From positions 1 to 27,113 of the forward strand of contig JBBCKI010000017.1 in the NCBI GenBank assembly GCA_037190965.1: DNA of 27,113 nucleotides, given 5' to 3'. Under the pieces are notes generated by a model. The model searched no databases, had not been told where the DNA came from, and saw nothing but the letters and a program-made list of their open reading frames with translations. The DNA is from Chthoniobacteraceae bacterium (GTDB lineage Bacteria > Verrucomicrobiota > Verrucomicrobiia > Chthoniobacterales > Chthoniobacteraceae). This document shows, piece by piece, positions 16,910 through 25,533 of the stretch. Both the position numbers and the translations under genes were made by a program. Every line of letters starts with the position of its first letter. Position 1 is the stretch's first letter.

Positions 16910-18481
16910 TCAAATCGCGTCGAGATTGGCCGTCTCCGCTTCCCGGTCCAACTCGGAGGGCTCCGCCGGGAATTCAGCCGAGCCGTACCCGAATAATTTC
17001 CGCTTCTTGATGATCGCGGCGACCTCGGCTGGCACCATCGGCTCCCAGGATTCGTCGTTATCGCGGATCTTGCGCAGTCCGTCGCGGGAGAAGCAGTCCG
17101 CGATCGACTCGTCATAACCGACGGCGCACTCGATGTAATGATTTTCCAGCAAATGTTGGTAAAGATTCTGGAGGCGCGGGGAGACCTGCAAGTTTTTCGC
17201 CGTAATCATCACGTTGGAGGCGAAAGGATGCCGCGAAGGAGGAAGCGGGCAGGTGTCGGCGGAATCCATCTCTCCCGCGAGATACCGGGCGTAAACATCC
17301 TGCCGCATCGGGTAGATGTAGAGCTTTACCGAGTTGCGGAAAAGCCGCCCGAACGATTCGAGAATCCCACCCTCCAAGTCTTCGTAATACTTCTCCTTGA
17401 AGAGTTCGAGGATGTGGTTGATCCCCATCACCAGCCCGATCATCTCCTTGGTGTAGCGGCGGAAATACGAGGTCAGCCGGTAGTATTCGCTGTAGTTGGA
17501 GACGAGAACGTTGTTGCCGATGGCGGCGAGCGTATCCACGCGCGCGAGGAAATCCTCCGGGTCGATCTGGCCCGTCGCAAGGAGGTTCTTCATCGTGATC
17601 TCCATGAGCACGACGAGCTCCTTGTCCTTGAGCTCCGGTTCCTGAAGGAACTGGGCGCAGGAACATTTGAGCATGTCCACGTTGACGAGCGTTACCGGGC
17701 GGAATGAGCCGCGCTCCACCAGCAGCGCCTTTTTGTGAAGCACTTCGGAAGGCTGCAACACCTCGCCCTTGGTGCCGAACATCACCGCGTTGGTGAGCCC
17801 GAGTTCCACCAGCTTCAAGCTCATGAGCCGGTTATCGACATCCGTAAAACACGGCCCCTTGAAATGCACCATGTCGACTTCGATTCGGCTCCGCGTCAAT
17901 TGATCGAGCAGCGACTCGATAATCTTGGGGGCATCGTCGGTATAAAAAAACGCGCCGTAGATGAGGTTGACGCCGATAATGCCGAGCGCCTGCTGCTGGA
18001 GGACGTTCTCCTTGTCGAGCATCCGAACGTGGATGCTGATCTCGTTGGGCTCCGAACCGGGGGCGCTTTGAAATCGGATGCCCATCCAGCCGTGGCATTC
18101 CGAATTGCCGCGATAGCTCTTGGCTGCCACGGTATTGGCGTAGGCGAAAAAGGTGCTGTGCCCGCCGCGAATTTCGGCCAGCCGCTCCAGCAAAAGCTCG
18201 TACTCCTTGTCGAGCATCTGCTCCAGGCGGTCCCGCGAGACGTAGCGGGTCGACTTCCCGTAGATCTCGTCGGAGAACTTCATGTCGTAGGCCGAGATGC
18301 TCTTGGCCACCGTCCCGGCAGCCGCGCCTGCCTGAAAAAAGTTGCGAACCACCTCCTGCCCCGCGCCGATTTCGGCAAAGGTACCGTATTTCGCCACGTC
18401 GAGGTTGATGGTGAGCGCCTTGCGATTGGTCGTCAGGAGCTCCGCGTTATTTTCCGTGGAGTTCAGGTTCAATTCCGCCAT
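16910..18481 (-). CDS. Conserved protein, putative nucleotide adenylyltransferase-like (CinA-like N-terminus, NadD-like C-terminus)
   Basis: YGTFAEIGAGQEV...GTVAKSISAYD at the N-terminus. RGSFRPVTLVN sits where a HIGH-type motif would be. NadD-like ending WEPMVPAEVAAIIKKRKLFGY. ATG at 18481. The function is inferred. Confidence 0.65.
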   Translation of the reverse strand: MAELNLNSTENNAELLTTNRKALTINLDVAKYGTFAEIGAGQEVVRNFFQAGAAAGTVAKSISAYDMKFSDEIYGKSTRYVSRDRLEQMLDKEYELLLERLAEIRGGHSTFFAYANTVAAKSYRGNSECHGWMGIRFQSAPGSEPNEISIHVRMLDKENVLQQQALGIIGVNLIYGAFFYTDDAPKIIESLLDQLTRSRIEVDMVHFKGPCFTDVDNRLMSLKLVELGLTNAVMFGTKGEVLQPSEVLHKKALLVERGSFRPVTLVNVDMLKCSCAQFLQEPELKDKELVVLMEITMKNLLATGQIDPEDFLARVDTLAAIGNNVLVSNYSEYYRLTSYFRRYTKEMIGLVMGINHILELFKEKYYEDLEGGILESFGRLFRNSVKLYIYPMRQDVYARYLAGEMDSADTCPLPPSRHPFASNVMITAKNLQVSPRLQNLYQHLLENHYIECAVGYDESIADCFSRDGLRKIRDNDESWEPMVPAEVAAIIKKRKLFGYGSAEFPAEPSELDREAETANLDAI

Positions 18482-18529
18482 TCCCGGCAATCTAGCTCAA
18501 TTTCCCGGTGGCGGACACTTCAAAATGAG

Positions 18530-18673
18530 GTAGTCCGCTCGCGCCGCGAGCGCGGGTATCGGCTTCTGCATCTCCCTGGGGTTACATCCCGGCAGGTAGG
18601 GCCCGTCCTGCAGGGATGGGGATCAAACGCGCCTCCTCGTCTTGTGCCGCGCTCGGCGGCGCGAGCGGTCTAC
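18530..18673. repeat. GTAG-type REP doublet (REPIN-like), copy 2
   Basis: GTAGTCCGCTCGCGCCGCGAGCGCGGG ... CCGCGCTCGGCGGCGCGAGCGGTCTAC. Similar length and spacer motifs to 8119-8260. Confidence 0.85.
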
Positions 18674-18702
18674 CGGTGCTGCCGCACCATTTTCTAAGCA
18701 AT

Positions 18703-19866
18703 TTACGGCTCCTGATTCGGAAAAACGGGGGGCGACTCTCCGGCCAGCGTGGCGGTGGCGAAGGTGGCGGCTAATTCCAACGCCTCCGCAATGACGACCT
18801 CCATGTCGAGGTATCGGTAGGTGGCCAGCCGCCCGAGAAAGGAGACTTTGCCCTGGGCCTGCGCCAGTTGCCGGTAGCGGGCCAGCAGGATTTTGTCCGC
18901 CGCGAGGCGTTTCGGGTAGTAAGGAACATCGGCGGGGCCGGTCTCCTTGCTGAACTCCCGGAAGGCCACGGTGCGGGCGTGGGTCTCCCACGGGGCGAAG
19001 TGTTTGTGCTCGGTGACGCGGGTGTAGGGGTGATCGAGCCCGGGATAGTTGAGCAGCGCGGCCCCCTGATAATCGCCCTCGGCGTCGACCCGTTCGAACG
19101 TCACCGTCCGGTAGCCGAGCCGCCCTTCGCAAAATCCGAAGTAGGCGTCGAGCGGGCCGGTGTAAAACGTGTGGCGGTAGTCCCTTTCCATCCCGCGTTC
19201 GAAGCGGGTGCAAAGCCGGACTTCGATGCGCGGGTGCTCCAGAATCTTGCTGATGACCGCCGAGTAGCCATTCTCCGGAATCCCCTGGTAACGGTGGTTG
19301 TAGTAGTTGTCGTCGTAGTTGAAGCGAACGGGCAGCCGTTTGAGGATAGAGGCGGGAAGCTCCTTCGGGTCGCACCCCCATTGCTTGACGGTGTAGCCAT
19401 GGAAGAAAGCCTCGTAAAGCTCGCGCCCGAGGAATTTGAGCGCCTGCTCCTCGAAGTTCTGCGGCTCGCCGATCGACTTGTCCCCGAGCGATTCCAGAAA
19501 AGCCCGGGCCTGCTCCGGGGTGAACTGCTTGCCGAAGAACTGGTTGATCGTGTGGAGATTGATCGGCAGGGAAAAGACGCCCCGGTCGGTGACCGCCTTG
19601 ATCCGGTTGATGAACGGCTGAAAGCGGTCGAAGCGGTTGACGTAGTTCCAGACTTCCTCCCGGTTGGTGTGGAAGATATGCGGGCCGTAGCAGTGGAGCA
19701 TCACGCCGCTGATGGCGTCGCGCTGAGTGTGGCAGTTCCCGGCAATGTGGGGCCGCTCGTCAAGGACCACCACCCCGCAATCGAGGCGTTCGACCAGTTC
19801 ACGGGCGAGCACAGCGCCCGAAAAACCGGCTCCGACGACGAGATATGCATGGGGACGAGTATCCAA
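18703..19866 (-). CDS. glf: UDP-galactopyranose mutase
   Basis: YLVVGAGFSGAV, HIAGNC, HCYGPHIFHT, YTVKQWG, RLPVRFNYDDNY, YTRVTEHKHF, PYYP and GRLATYRYLDM. Start uncertain (TTG at 19866 chosen). Confidence 0.96.
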   Translation of the reverse strand: MDTRPHAYLVVGAGFSGAVLARELVERLDCGVVVLDERPHIAGNCHTQRDAISGVMLHCYGPHIFHTNREEVWNYVNRFDRFQPFINRIKAVTDRGVFSLPINLHTINQFFGKQFTPEQARAFLESLGDKSIGEPQNFEEQALKFLGRELYEAFFHGYTVKQWGCDPKELPASILKRLPVRFNYDDNYYNHRYQGIPENGYSAVISKILEHPRIEVRLCTRFERGMERDYRHTFYTGPLDAYFGFCEGRLGYRTVTFERVDAEGDYQGAALLNYPGLDHPYTRVTEHKHFAPWETHARTVAFREFSKETGPADVPYYPKRLAADKILLARYRQLAQAQGKVSFLGRLATYRYLDMEVVIAEALELAATFATATLAGESPPVFPNQEP

Positions 19867-19961
19867 AGGGGAAACCGTAGCGGCGGAGACTGCGGGAGTC
19901 AACGGCAGCAGACTTCGTCGGCAATCGATACCCATCCCGGTCTTTGGGCTAAGATTTTTGT

Positions 19962-20000
19962 TTGACAGAAGACACGTGACATCACATGATGACACGTGTT
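19962..20000 (+). promoter_or_regulatory. Sigma70-type promoter with two candidate LacI-family operator sites
   Basis: TTGACA (19962-67), 17-nt spacer, CATGAT (19985-90). GACACGTG at 19971 and 19991 (CG-centred palindrome CACGTG) flank the -10 box. Confidence 0.7.
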
Positions 20001-20010
20001 TTCCACCCCT

Positions 20011-21117
20011 ATGCCCGGAATCACCCAGACTCAAATTGCCGCTGAGCTTCAGATTTCACGCTCCACCGTCGCCGCTGTACTTTCCAATTCTCCCGGTGCG
20101 CGAATCTCCAAGGAAGTTGCCGCCAAGATCCTTGAAACCGCCGAGCGGATGGGCTACCGGCCCAACCGCTACGCGCAAGTCATGCGGAGAGGAAATTCCG
20201 GGATCATTGGCGTGATCAATTTCGGTGGGCTTCAGCAGATGCCGATCCAGAAGTTGATGTACACCGTTCAAGCCGTCGCCGAAGCACGGTTTGAGCCGGT
20301 GGTGCACGATGTTTTTTGGTTCGCGGATCGAGGCGGCGCGGCTTGCGAGAAGATGCTAGATATGCGCGCCGAAGGGGTGTTGCTGATGCATCCCCATCTC
20401 TTCTTTACCCAAAAGCACCTCGATATTCTCCTCAAAGCGGGAATTCCCGTGGTGAGCATGGGGGGTGACCATCTTAAAGGGATTCCCCGCGTCATGTCAG
20501 ATAAAGAGAAGGGATTCTATGAGCTGACCTCCCATCTCCTTGGCTTGGGCCACCGCCGGTTGACGCTTCTTCTTGGGAAGGACTCCTCGGATAAAAGACG
20601 AACGATCTCCTGGCACTCCAATAAGGCGACGGCCGGGTTCAAGAGAGCATTGAAAGAGCGTACCGGCGCTGATGGCACGATTCACATCGTACCCCATGCC
20701 ATCCAGGTGCAGGAGCCGACTCTCTATCAGCCTGGACAACAAGGCATGAGCGAGCTTTTGAAGCAAGGTACGCTTCCCGACGCTGTGCTTTGCAGTAATG
20801 ATAACTGGGCACTCGGCGCCCTCTCGGTCTGTGCCGAAGCAGATATTCGCGTCCCTTCCGATCTCTCAATCACCGGGTTCGAAAATGAGCCGGTGGCCCA
20901 GGTCGGGCTGCTTCCGCTAACGACGGTGGCGCATCCAGCCGAGGAGATTGCGCACCATGCCGTTGATCTGCTGCTCAGCTTGATCCGCAAGGAAACGGCG
21001 CTGGAGTCGAGCCTCTCCGCTCTTCCTGGCCGCCTCATCGTGCGGCGCTCCTGTGGTGCCTATTTGAAGTCTCCTGCTTCCTCACCGCTGCAACCGACGC
21101 ATCCCGTGTCGGCGTAG
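20011..21117 (+). CDS. LacI-family transcriptional regulator
   Basis: HTH ITQTQIAAELQISRSTVAAVL, hinge AERMGYRPNRYAQ, and PDAVLCSNDNWALGA...RVPSDLSITGFE...LTTVAHP...LIVRRSC. Confidence 0.95.
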   Translation: MPGITQTQIAAELQISRSTVAAVLSNSPGARISKEVAAKILETAERMGYRPNRYAQVMRRGNSGIIGVINFGGLQQMPIQKLMYTVQAVAEARFEPVVHDVFWFADRGGAACEKMLDMRAEGVLLMHPHLFFTQKHLDILLKAGIPVVSMGGDHLKGIPRVMSDKEKGFYELTSHLLGLGHRRLTLLLGKDSSDKRRTISWHSNKATAGFKRALKERTGADGTIHIVPHAIQVQEPTLYQPGQQGMSELLKQGTLPDAVLCSNDNWALGALSVCAEADIRVPSDLSITGFENEPVAQVGLLPLTTVAHPAEEIAHHAVDLLLSLIRKETALESSLSALPGRLIVRRSCGAYLKSPASSPLQPTHPVSA

Positions 21118-21160
21118 CCGCCTGCAATACTCTCCCCCCGATACTCCCCCCACAACTCCC

Positions 21161-22057
21161 ATGAAAACATCCTCCCTTACCCAGATATCGATGCGGGCGG
21201 CAGCCCGTTTCTTCGGACAGCCTATTTTGCTTGTCCTCGTCTCCATTGCCCTGTTGGCCGGAACCACCCGCGCACCAGCCGCGACGGTTCTGACATTTAC
21301 GCCGAGCCAAACCCGCACATCGATCGACTTCGAAAACCTTGCCTCGGGAGCTTCCGCGAGCACGATCGGCTGGACGGGCTCTGAGGTTGCCAATGTGACC
21401 GGGACTTCTCCCAGGCAGCCCACCTCCAGCCTGGGCAGCCGCGTCATCCAGGTGGATTCCGGAACGACGCGGCGGGTCATTACCAGCTCTGCCCAAACCA
21501 TCACGCCGGCCTTTACGACGAGCGAGACGATCTACTTTCAAGGCTCGATCAACCGGACCACTTCCGCATCTTCCGGAGCCCGCGTCGTCCTGCGAAATTC
21601 CGCCAATGCCAACCTGGGCGGGTTTGGCGTCGTCGACGCCCTCGCAAGCAACAACGTCGCGAATCCCTTCGGCTTGATGACTGCCAATGGCACTTGGTAC
21701 TACAGTTCGGAAGCCGTTGCAGCCAATGCATGGTATGAAGTCCGACTAGTCATCGACTTGAACGCCAGCGACATCACGCTTTCCGTCGGCCATCTTTTCG
21801 TCCGCAATGTCACCGCCGGCGAGGCCGATTTCCGGCTGGTCGAAGACCTCTCCAATATCAACATGGGGTATACTACAGACTTAAACGCAACGCAGTTTAC
21901 CTACTGGAGAATTGAATCGTTCCGCGCCAGCGCCCAGGTTGACAATCTGATTGGGGGTGTGGGAACGTTTGCCATCCCAGAGCCAACCACCGTGGCGTTC
22001 TTCACGCTCGCGACCTTGCTCGGTTGCGCGTCAAAGGCTCGCCGGCTTTTCCGATAG
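21161..22057 (+). CDS. PEP-CTERM (exosortase-targeted) surface protein
   Basis: N-terminal hydrophobic signal, S/T/N-rich beta-type body, and C-terminal IPEPTT + hydrophobic stretch + KARRLFR. Confidence 0.88.
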   Translation: MKTSSLTQISMRAAARFFGQPILLVLVSIALLAGTTRAPAATVLTFTPSQTRTSIDFENLASGASASTIGWTGSEVANVTGTSPRQPTSSLGSRVIQVDSGTTRRVITSSAQTITPAFTTSETIYFQGSINRTTSASSGARVVLRNSANANLGGFGVVDALASNNVANPFGLMTANGTWYYSSEAVAANAWYEVRLVIDLNASDITLSVGHLFVRNVTAGEADFRLVEDLSNINMGYTTDLNATQFTYWRIESFRASAQVDNLIGGVGTFAIPEPTTVAFFTLATLLGCASKARRLFR

Positions 22058-22087
22058 AAAGCGAGGCGGATAAACCGACCCTGCTCC

Positions 22088-23026
22088 ATGCGTTCTCCCC
22101 TTCAACGACGGTTGGCGACGACAGCATCCAACCCGAAATCCGAAGTGGCTCGCGGCGGCCTAGCGCAACCTCTTGGGCAGAAACGGCTTCGTCGAAGGCT
22201 TGCCGTATCAAAGATACGACTTCGCTTCTCCTCAACCGTTTCTGCTCCAAGATTTTGCGCAATTCCATCCGCTCCAACATCGGATTTCGGGTTCAGCGTT
22301 CTGGAGTTGACGGTTGTGGCGTTGCTGGTGGCGACGCTGTTGTGCCTGCTTCTGCCGACCTTTAGCCGGCTAAACCAAAAGTCAATGAGTTCGAAATGCC
22401 AGAGCCATCTGCGCAATCTGGCGAGCGCAGCTATCTTGTCTTCGATCGATAGAAATGGCGCCTTGCCCGACCGGGCGGACTGGAAAAGCACGACTCTGGC
22501 TCAGAAAAGTATTCTGCCTTACCTGGGGATGCCCTTGAGAACGACGACGCAACCAGCGAGCGACGCCGCGTCCCCACTAACCTGTCCTGCCGCCCAGAGC
22601 AGCCCCTTCCGCACCGACAGCGAACTCCAGGTCACCTATTCCATCAATCAGTATGCCACGGGCGGCGACTCAAACACGACTTGGGAAACGCAGGTTCGCG
22701 ACCGGGGCACGCCCCTGCGGCTTCCCAATGTGAAGAACCCTGCACAACAGGCATTTTTCATGGATGGAACGATGCAGACGGATGGATATGGGGCGCGTTA
22801 CAGCAGCTTTCAAGATCCCTCCCGGCTCACGATTCGGGAGGATCCGCAAGAGGCTGGCTGGAAGACGCCGTTTCTTCATCAAAATGCGATTCACGTCGTC
22901 TTTCTCGACGGCCATTTGGAACCGGTGTCACGGAAGCGGGCCGAAGATGAATTGATCGGTGCGGCCAATCCTTCGACTGGTCAGTCCAGCCCCCGTGTCC
23001 ACCCATTTTGGGGAACCGAAAAATAA
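22088..23026 (+). CDS. Prepilin-type N-terminal cleavage/methylation protein with H-X9-DG C-terminal motif
   Basis: G|FSVLELTVVALLVATLLCLLLP (Glu at +5), KCQSHLRNL, LTCPA, TYSIN, FMDG and HQNAIHVVFLDGH (H-X9-DG). True start may be downstream of 22088. Confidence 0.88.
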   Translation: MRSPLQRRLATTASNPKSEVARGGLAQPLGQKRLRRRLAVSKIRLRFSSTVSAPRFCAIPSAPTSDFGFSVLELTVVALLVATLLCLLLPTFSRLNQKSMSSKCQSHLRNLASAAILSSIDRNGALPDRADWKSTTLAQKSILPYLGMPLRTTTQPASDAASPLTCPAAQSSPFRTDSELQVTYSINQYATGGDSNTTWETQVRDRGTPLRLPNVKNPAQQAFFMDGTMQTDGYGARYSSFQDPSRLTIREDPQEAGWKTPFLHQNAIHVVFLDGHLEPVSRKRAEDELIGAANPSTGQSSPRVHPFWGTEK

Positions 23027-23043
23027 GCCGACCTTTTGATGAT

Positions 23044-25533
23044 ATGATGAGCTATCGCCCTCCTTTCCGATCGCCAATCGTTACCATTCTTCTAGGGATG
23101 ATCGCCTCGACCTCGCTTGCCGCCGGCGTTTCGCCGATCACTTTGCGCCCCTACGCCATTCCGGATAAACCTTGCCCTACCGTCTTTTACCAGGCTGTGC
23201 CCCTGGCGGCAGGAGAGTTGAAGTTGAAGGAGCCCGCTTTGGCGCGTCCATCCCCGGAATCGCTGGCAATCCTAAAGCCGATTGCCTACTGGCCCGATGG
23301 GAGCGTTAAATGGCTCAGCGTGGAAGGGAGCGTTCGCGGTGAACAACCTGCCGACGCACTCCCGCTCGCCCTTGTGCCGCCGCCGGAAACGGTTACGTCC
23401 CCCCGCAAGGTGGTCTGGGGCCAAAGCAAAATCACGATTCAAGACGAGAAAGGAGAGACGCTCCTTTCGCTCGCGCCGTCGGCGTCATGCATAGCGATCA
23501 CCCAAATCAAACGCCCCCAGCCATCCGATGCCGATTCCCTTGACGAGAAGGCCCAATATTCCTGGGCTGCGCCGTTGAACGAACTCACGGCAGAGGCGGA
23601 GGCTATAGACATTCCGATGGAAGTGCGGGAAGGGGTTGTCGAAGAGGATAACGCCGTTTACACGCTCTATCGAATCCGGGGGTCTGGCAGTCAGGAACAG
23701 GGCGCGCCTGGCAGCCAGGTTGAATGGCAACTCCGGCTCCGATGCTACCACGACATTCCCCTCGTGCGAATGCAGATGAGCTGGATCATCGGATGCGATG
23801 CCAGGAAATACGCGATCACCTCCGCTGCCTTGAAGATCGAGGGGTGCAAGCCGTTGAAGAGCGCGGAGCTTGAGGGGCATGCTCCGATCGATCTTCGTCG
23901 TGAAACCGCAGGAGTCTTTTCGGATGCCAACGGCGCGAATCGGATCGTCATTTCGGGGAACGCCGTCGCAGAAAGTCCGGCTCCTGCTCCAGAGCGTGGC
24001 GTGGTACTGATCGAAAGCGAAACCGAAAAGTGGGCGCTGGCGATTCCGGATCTGAACCAACTCGGCCCGAACCATCTCCTCCTTTCCCGCCAGGGGGTGG
24101 AGATCGCCTCCTGGAGCGGGAAGTCCGGAGCCGCTCTGGATTTGCGCCGCAGCAGCGAGAGCGAATCGGACTTCGGGATGCGCGCCGTCGATATGAATAC
24201 CGATGGAACCGGCTTCTCTCGCAGCACGGAGATTGCGCTGATCCTGGGTCGCGACGCTGAACAAAATCGGACAATGGCGTTACGAGAGGCGCGCCGGGAC
24301 TGGATCTGGCTCCCCAATGCGGCGGATTTGGAGCGGAGCGCCGCCCTCGGGCCGTTCTCACAACGAACCGTGGCAGACAATCGTGACTATTTCGAAGGTC
24401 TGCGCGCTAATCTCCATTTTGTCCTCGCCTCCCGCGAGCGGTGGCGCTGGAAGGGGTATGCAAACTTTGGTGATTGGCGCACCAATTTTGCCCTCGGCAC
24501 CAATCCTGTGCGCGGCCTTGTCGCAGGACGCTGGGCCTTGTCGGGGCGTTACGGGTGGAGAAACGCATCGGGGGAGCCGCACGGTGGCACTTTGACGGCT
24601 GCGCTTTTCCTGGAAGACCGTGCGCTGGCCCTTGCCTCACTCGACTACGCCAGACATATCGCCGATGTCGACGTCCGGCACGGTTCCTTCTGGAGGCCGG
24701 CGCAGGGCCCCGAGGGGGGGATGCATCGCAGGAATCGCGATCATTGGAGCGGTTCCGTGCAAATGCAGTATACCTCCGCACGCGGCCTGTATCTGGCGAG
24801 CTGGGTAACGGGCGATGCGCGGATCCGCGAGGTGCTGGGAGAGATTCGCGACTTTGGCCGACGCGATAATGTCCAGACTGGGGCGCTTTCCTACGGGGCG
24901 AGGGCATGGATCTTTCGCTATATGGAGACGCTCGATCCCGCGGCGCTTACCACCGCGCGCACCCTCCTGGAAAAGGCCTCTGCTGATTGGATCGCAACCA
25001 GTTCCTGGGGACAAAAGTATCCCGACTATCCATTGGGTTCCCTTTACTTCGAAAATAACACTCGCCGCATCGGCGAAGGGGCGGGAACCATCGAGGATTT
25101 TTATGAAGCCACCGGCGATTCTGTTTACCTGCAAACCTTGCGGGAAATGGTAAAGGCGGACGGCGTCGATCCTCTTAACTCGCCCGCCCTTGGGCAGCAA
25201 GGCATCATCGGTTACCTTCTTTCCCAGGGTGTCCCCGCTGCCGAGATCGGCGGCGGACTGTTGCAGGCCGCCGGTGTGGCAACCAAGAGGTTCCAACCCG
25301 CCGCTTGTTCCGATTTTGTCGCGCGGGACTACGACACCCTGGCCGCCGTCATCACCCGAAAGCTCCCGCCCGAAGGGAACCCGGCTTACCGCGAAACAGC
25401 CGCCATCGGCCAACGCGCCATCTCGTCATTTTTTGCGCTAAAGCACTTCGGCAACGGCGCGCCCGCTCTCGATACTGCCACTGCGAACCCCGGCACGACT
25501 TCTCACCTCTCCAACCATGATAGCAAGAACTGA
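23044..25533 (+). CDS. Secreted PcRGLX/YetA-like protein (distant exo-rhamnogalacturonan lyase-like)
   Basis: Signal peptide. AYWPDGSVKW, RWKGYANFGDW, GRYGWRN, ARHIADVDVRHG and GMHRRNRDHW parallel recalled YetA/PcRGLX motifs (WYGFWDYGD, RHTSEVDVYH, RHNVxHW). Confidence 0.6.
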   Translation: MMSYRPPFRSPIVTILLGMIASTSLAAGVSPITLRPYAIPDKPCPTVFYQAVPLAAGELKLKEPALARPSPESLAILKPIAYWPDGSVKWLSVEGSVRGEQPADALPLALVPPPETVTSPRKVVWGQSKITIQDEKGETLLSLAPSASCIAITQIKRPQPSDADSLDEKAQYSWAAPLNELTAEAEAIDIPMEVREGVVEEDNAVYTLYRIRGSGSQEQGAPGSQVEWQLRLRCYHDIPLVRMQMSWIIGCDARKYAITSAALKIEGCKPLKSAELEGHAPIDLRRETAGVFSDANGANRIVISGNAVAESPAPAPERGVVLIESETEKWALAIPDLNQLGPNHLLLSRQGVEIASWSGKSGAALDLRRSSESESDFGMRAVDMNTDGTGFSRSTEIALILGRDAEQNRTMALREARRDWIWLPNAADLERSAALGPFSQRTVADNRDYFEGLRANLHFVLASRERWRWKGYANFGDWRTNFALGTNPVRGLVAGRWALSGRYGWRNASGEPHGGTLTAALFLEDRALALASLDYARHIADVDVRHGSFWRPAQGPEGGMHRRNRDHWSGSVQMQYTSARGLYLASWVTGDARIREVLGEIRDFGRRDNVQTGALSYGARAWIFRYMETLDPAALTTARTLLEKASADWIATSSWGQKYPDYPLGSLYFENNTRRIGEGAGTIEDFYEATGDSVYLQTLREMVKADGVDPLNSPALGQQGIIGYLLSQGVPAAEIGGGLLQAAGVATKRFQPAACSDFVARDYDTLAAVITRKLPPEGNPAYRETAAIGQRAISSFFALKHFGNGAPALDTATANPGTTSHLSNHDSKN

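Noticed and set aside
19867..20034. Extended glf N-terminus in the ORF track
   Set aside because: It would overlap the LacI gene and its promoter; Glf normally starts just before the GAGxxG motif.
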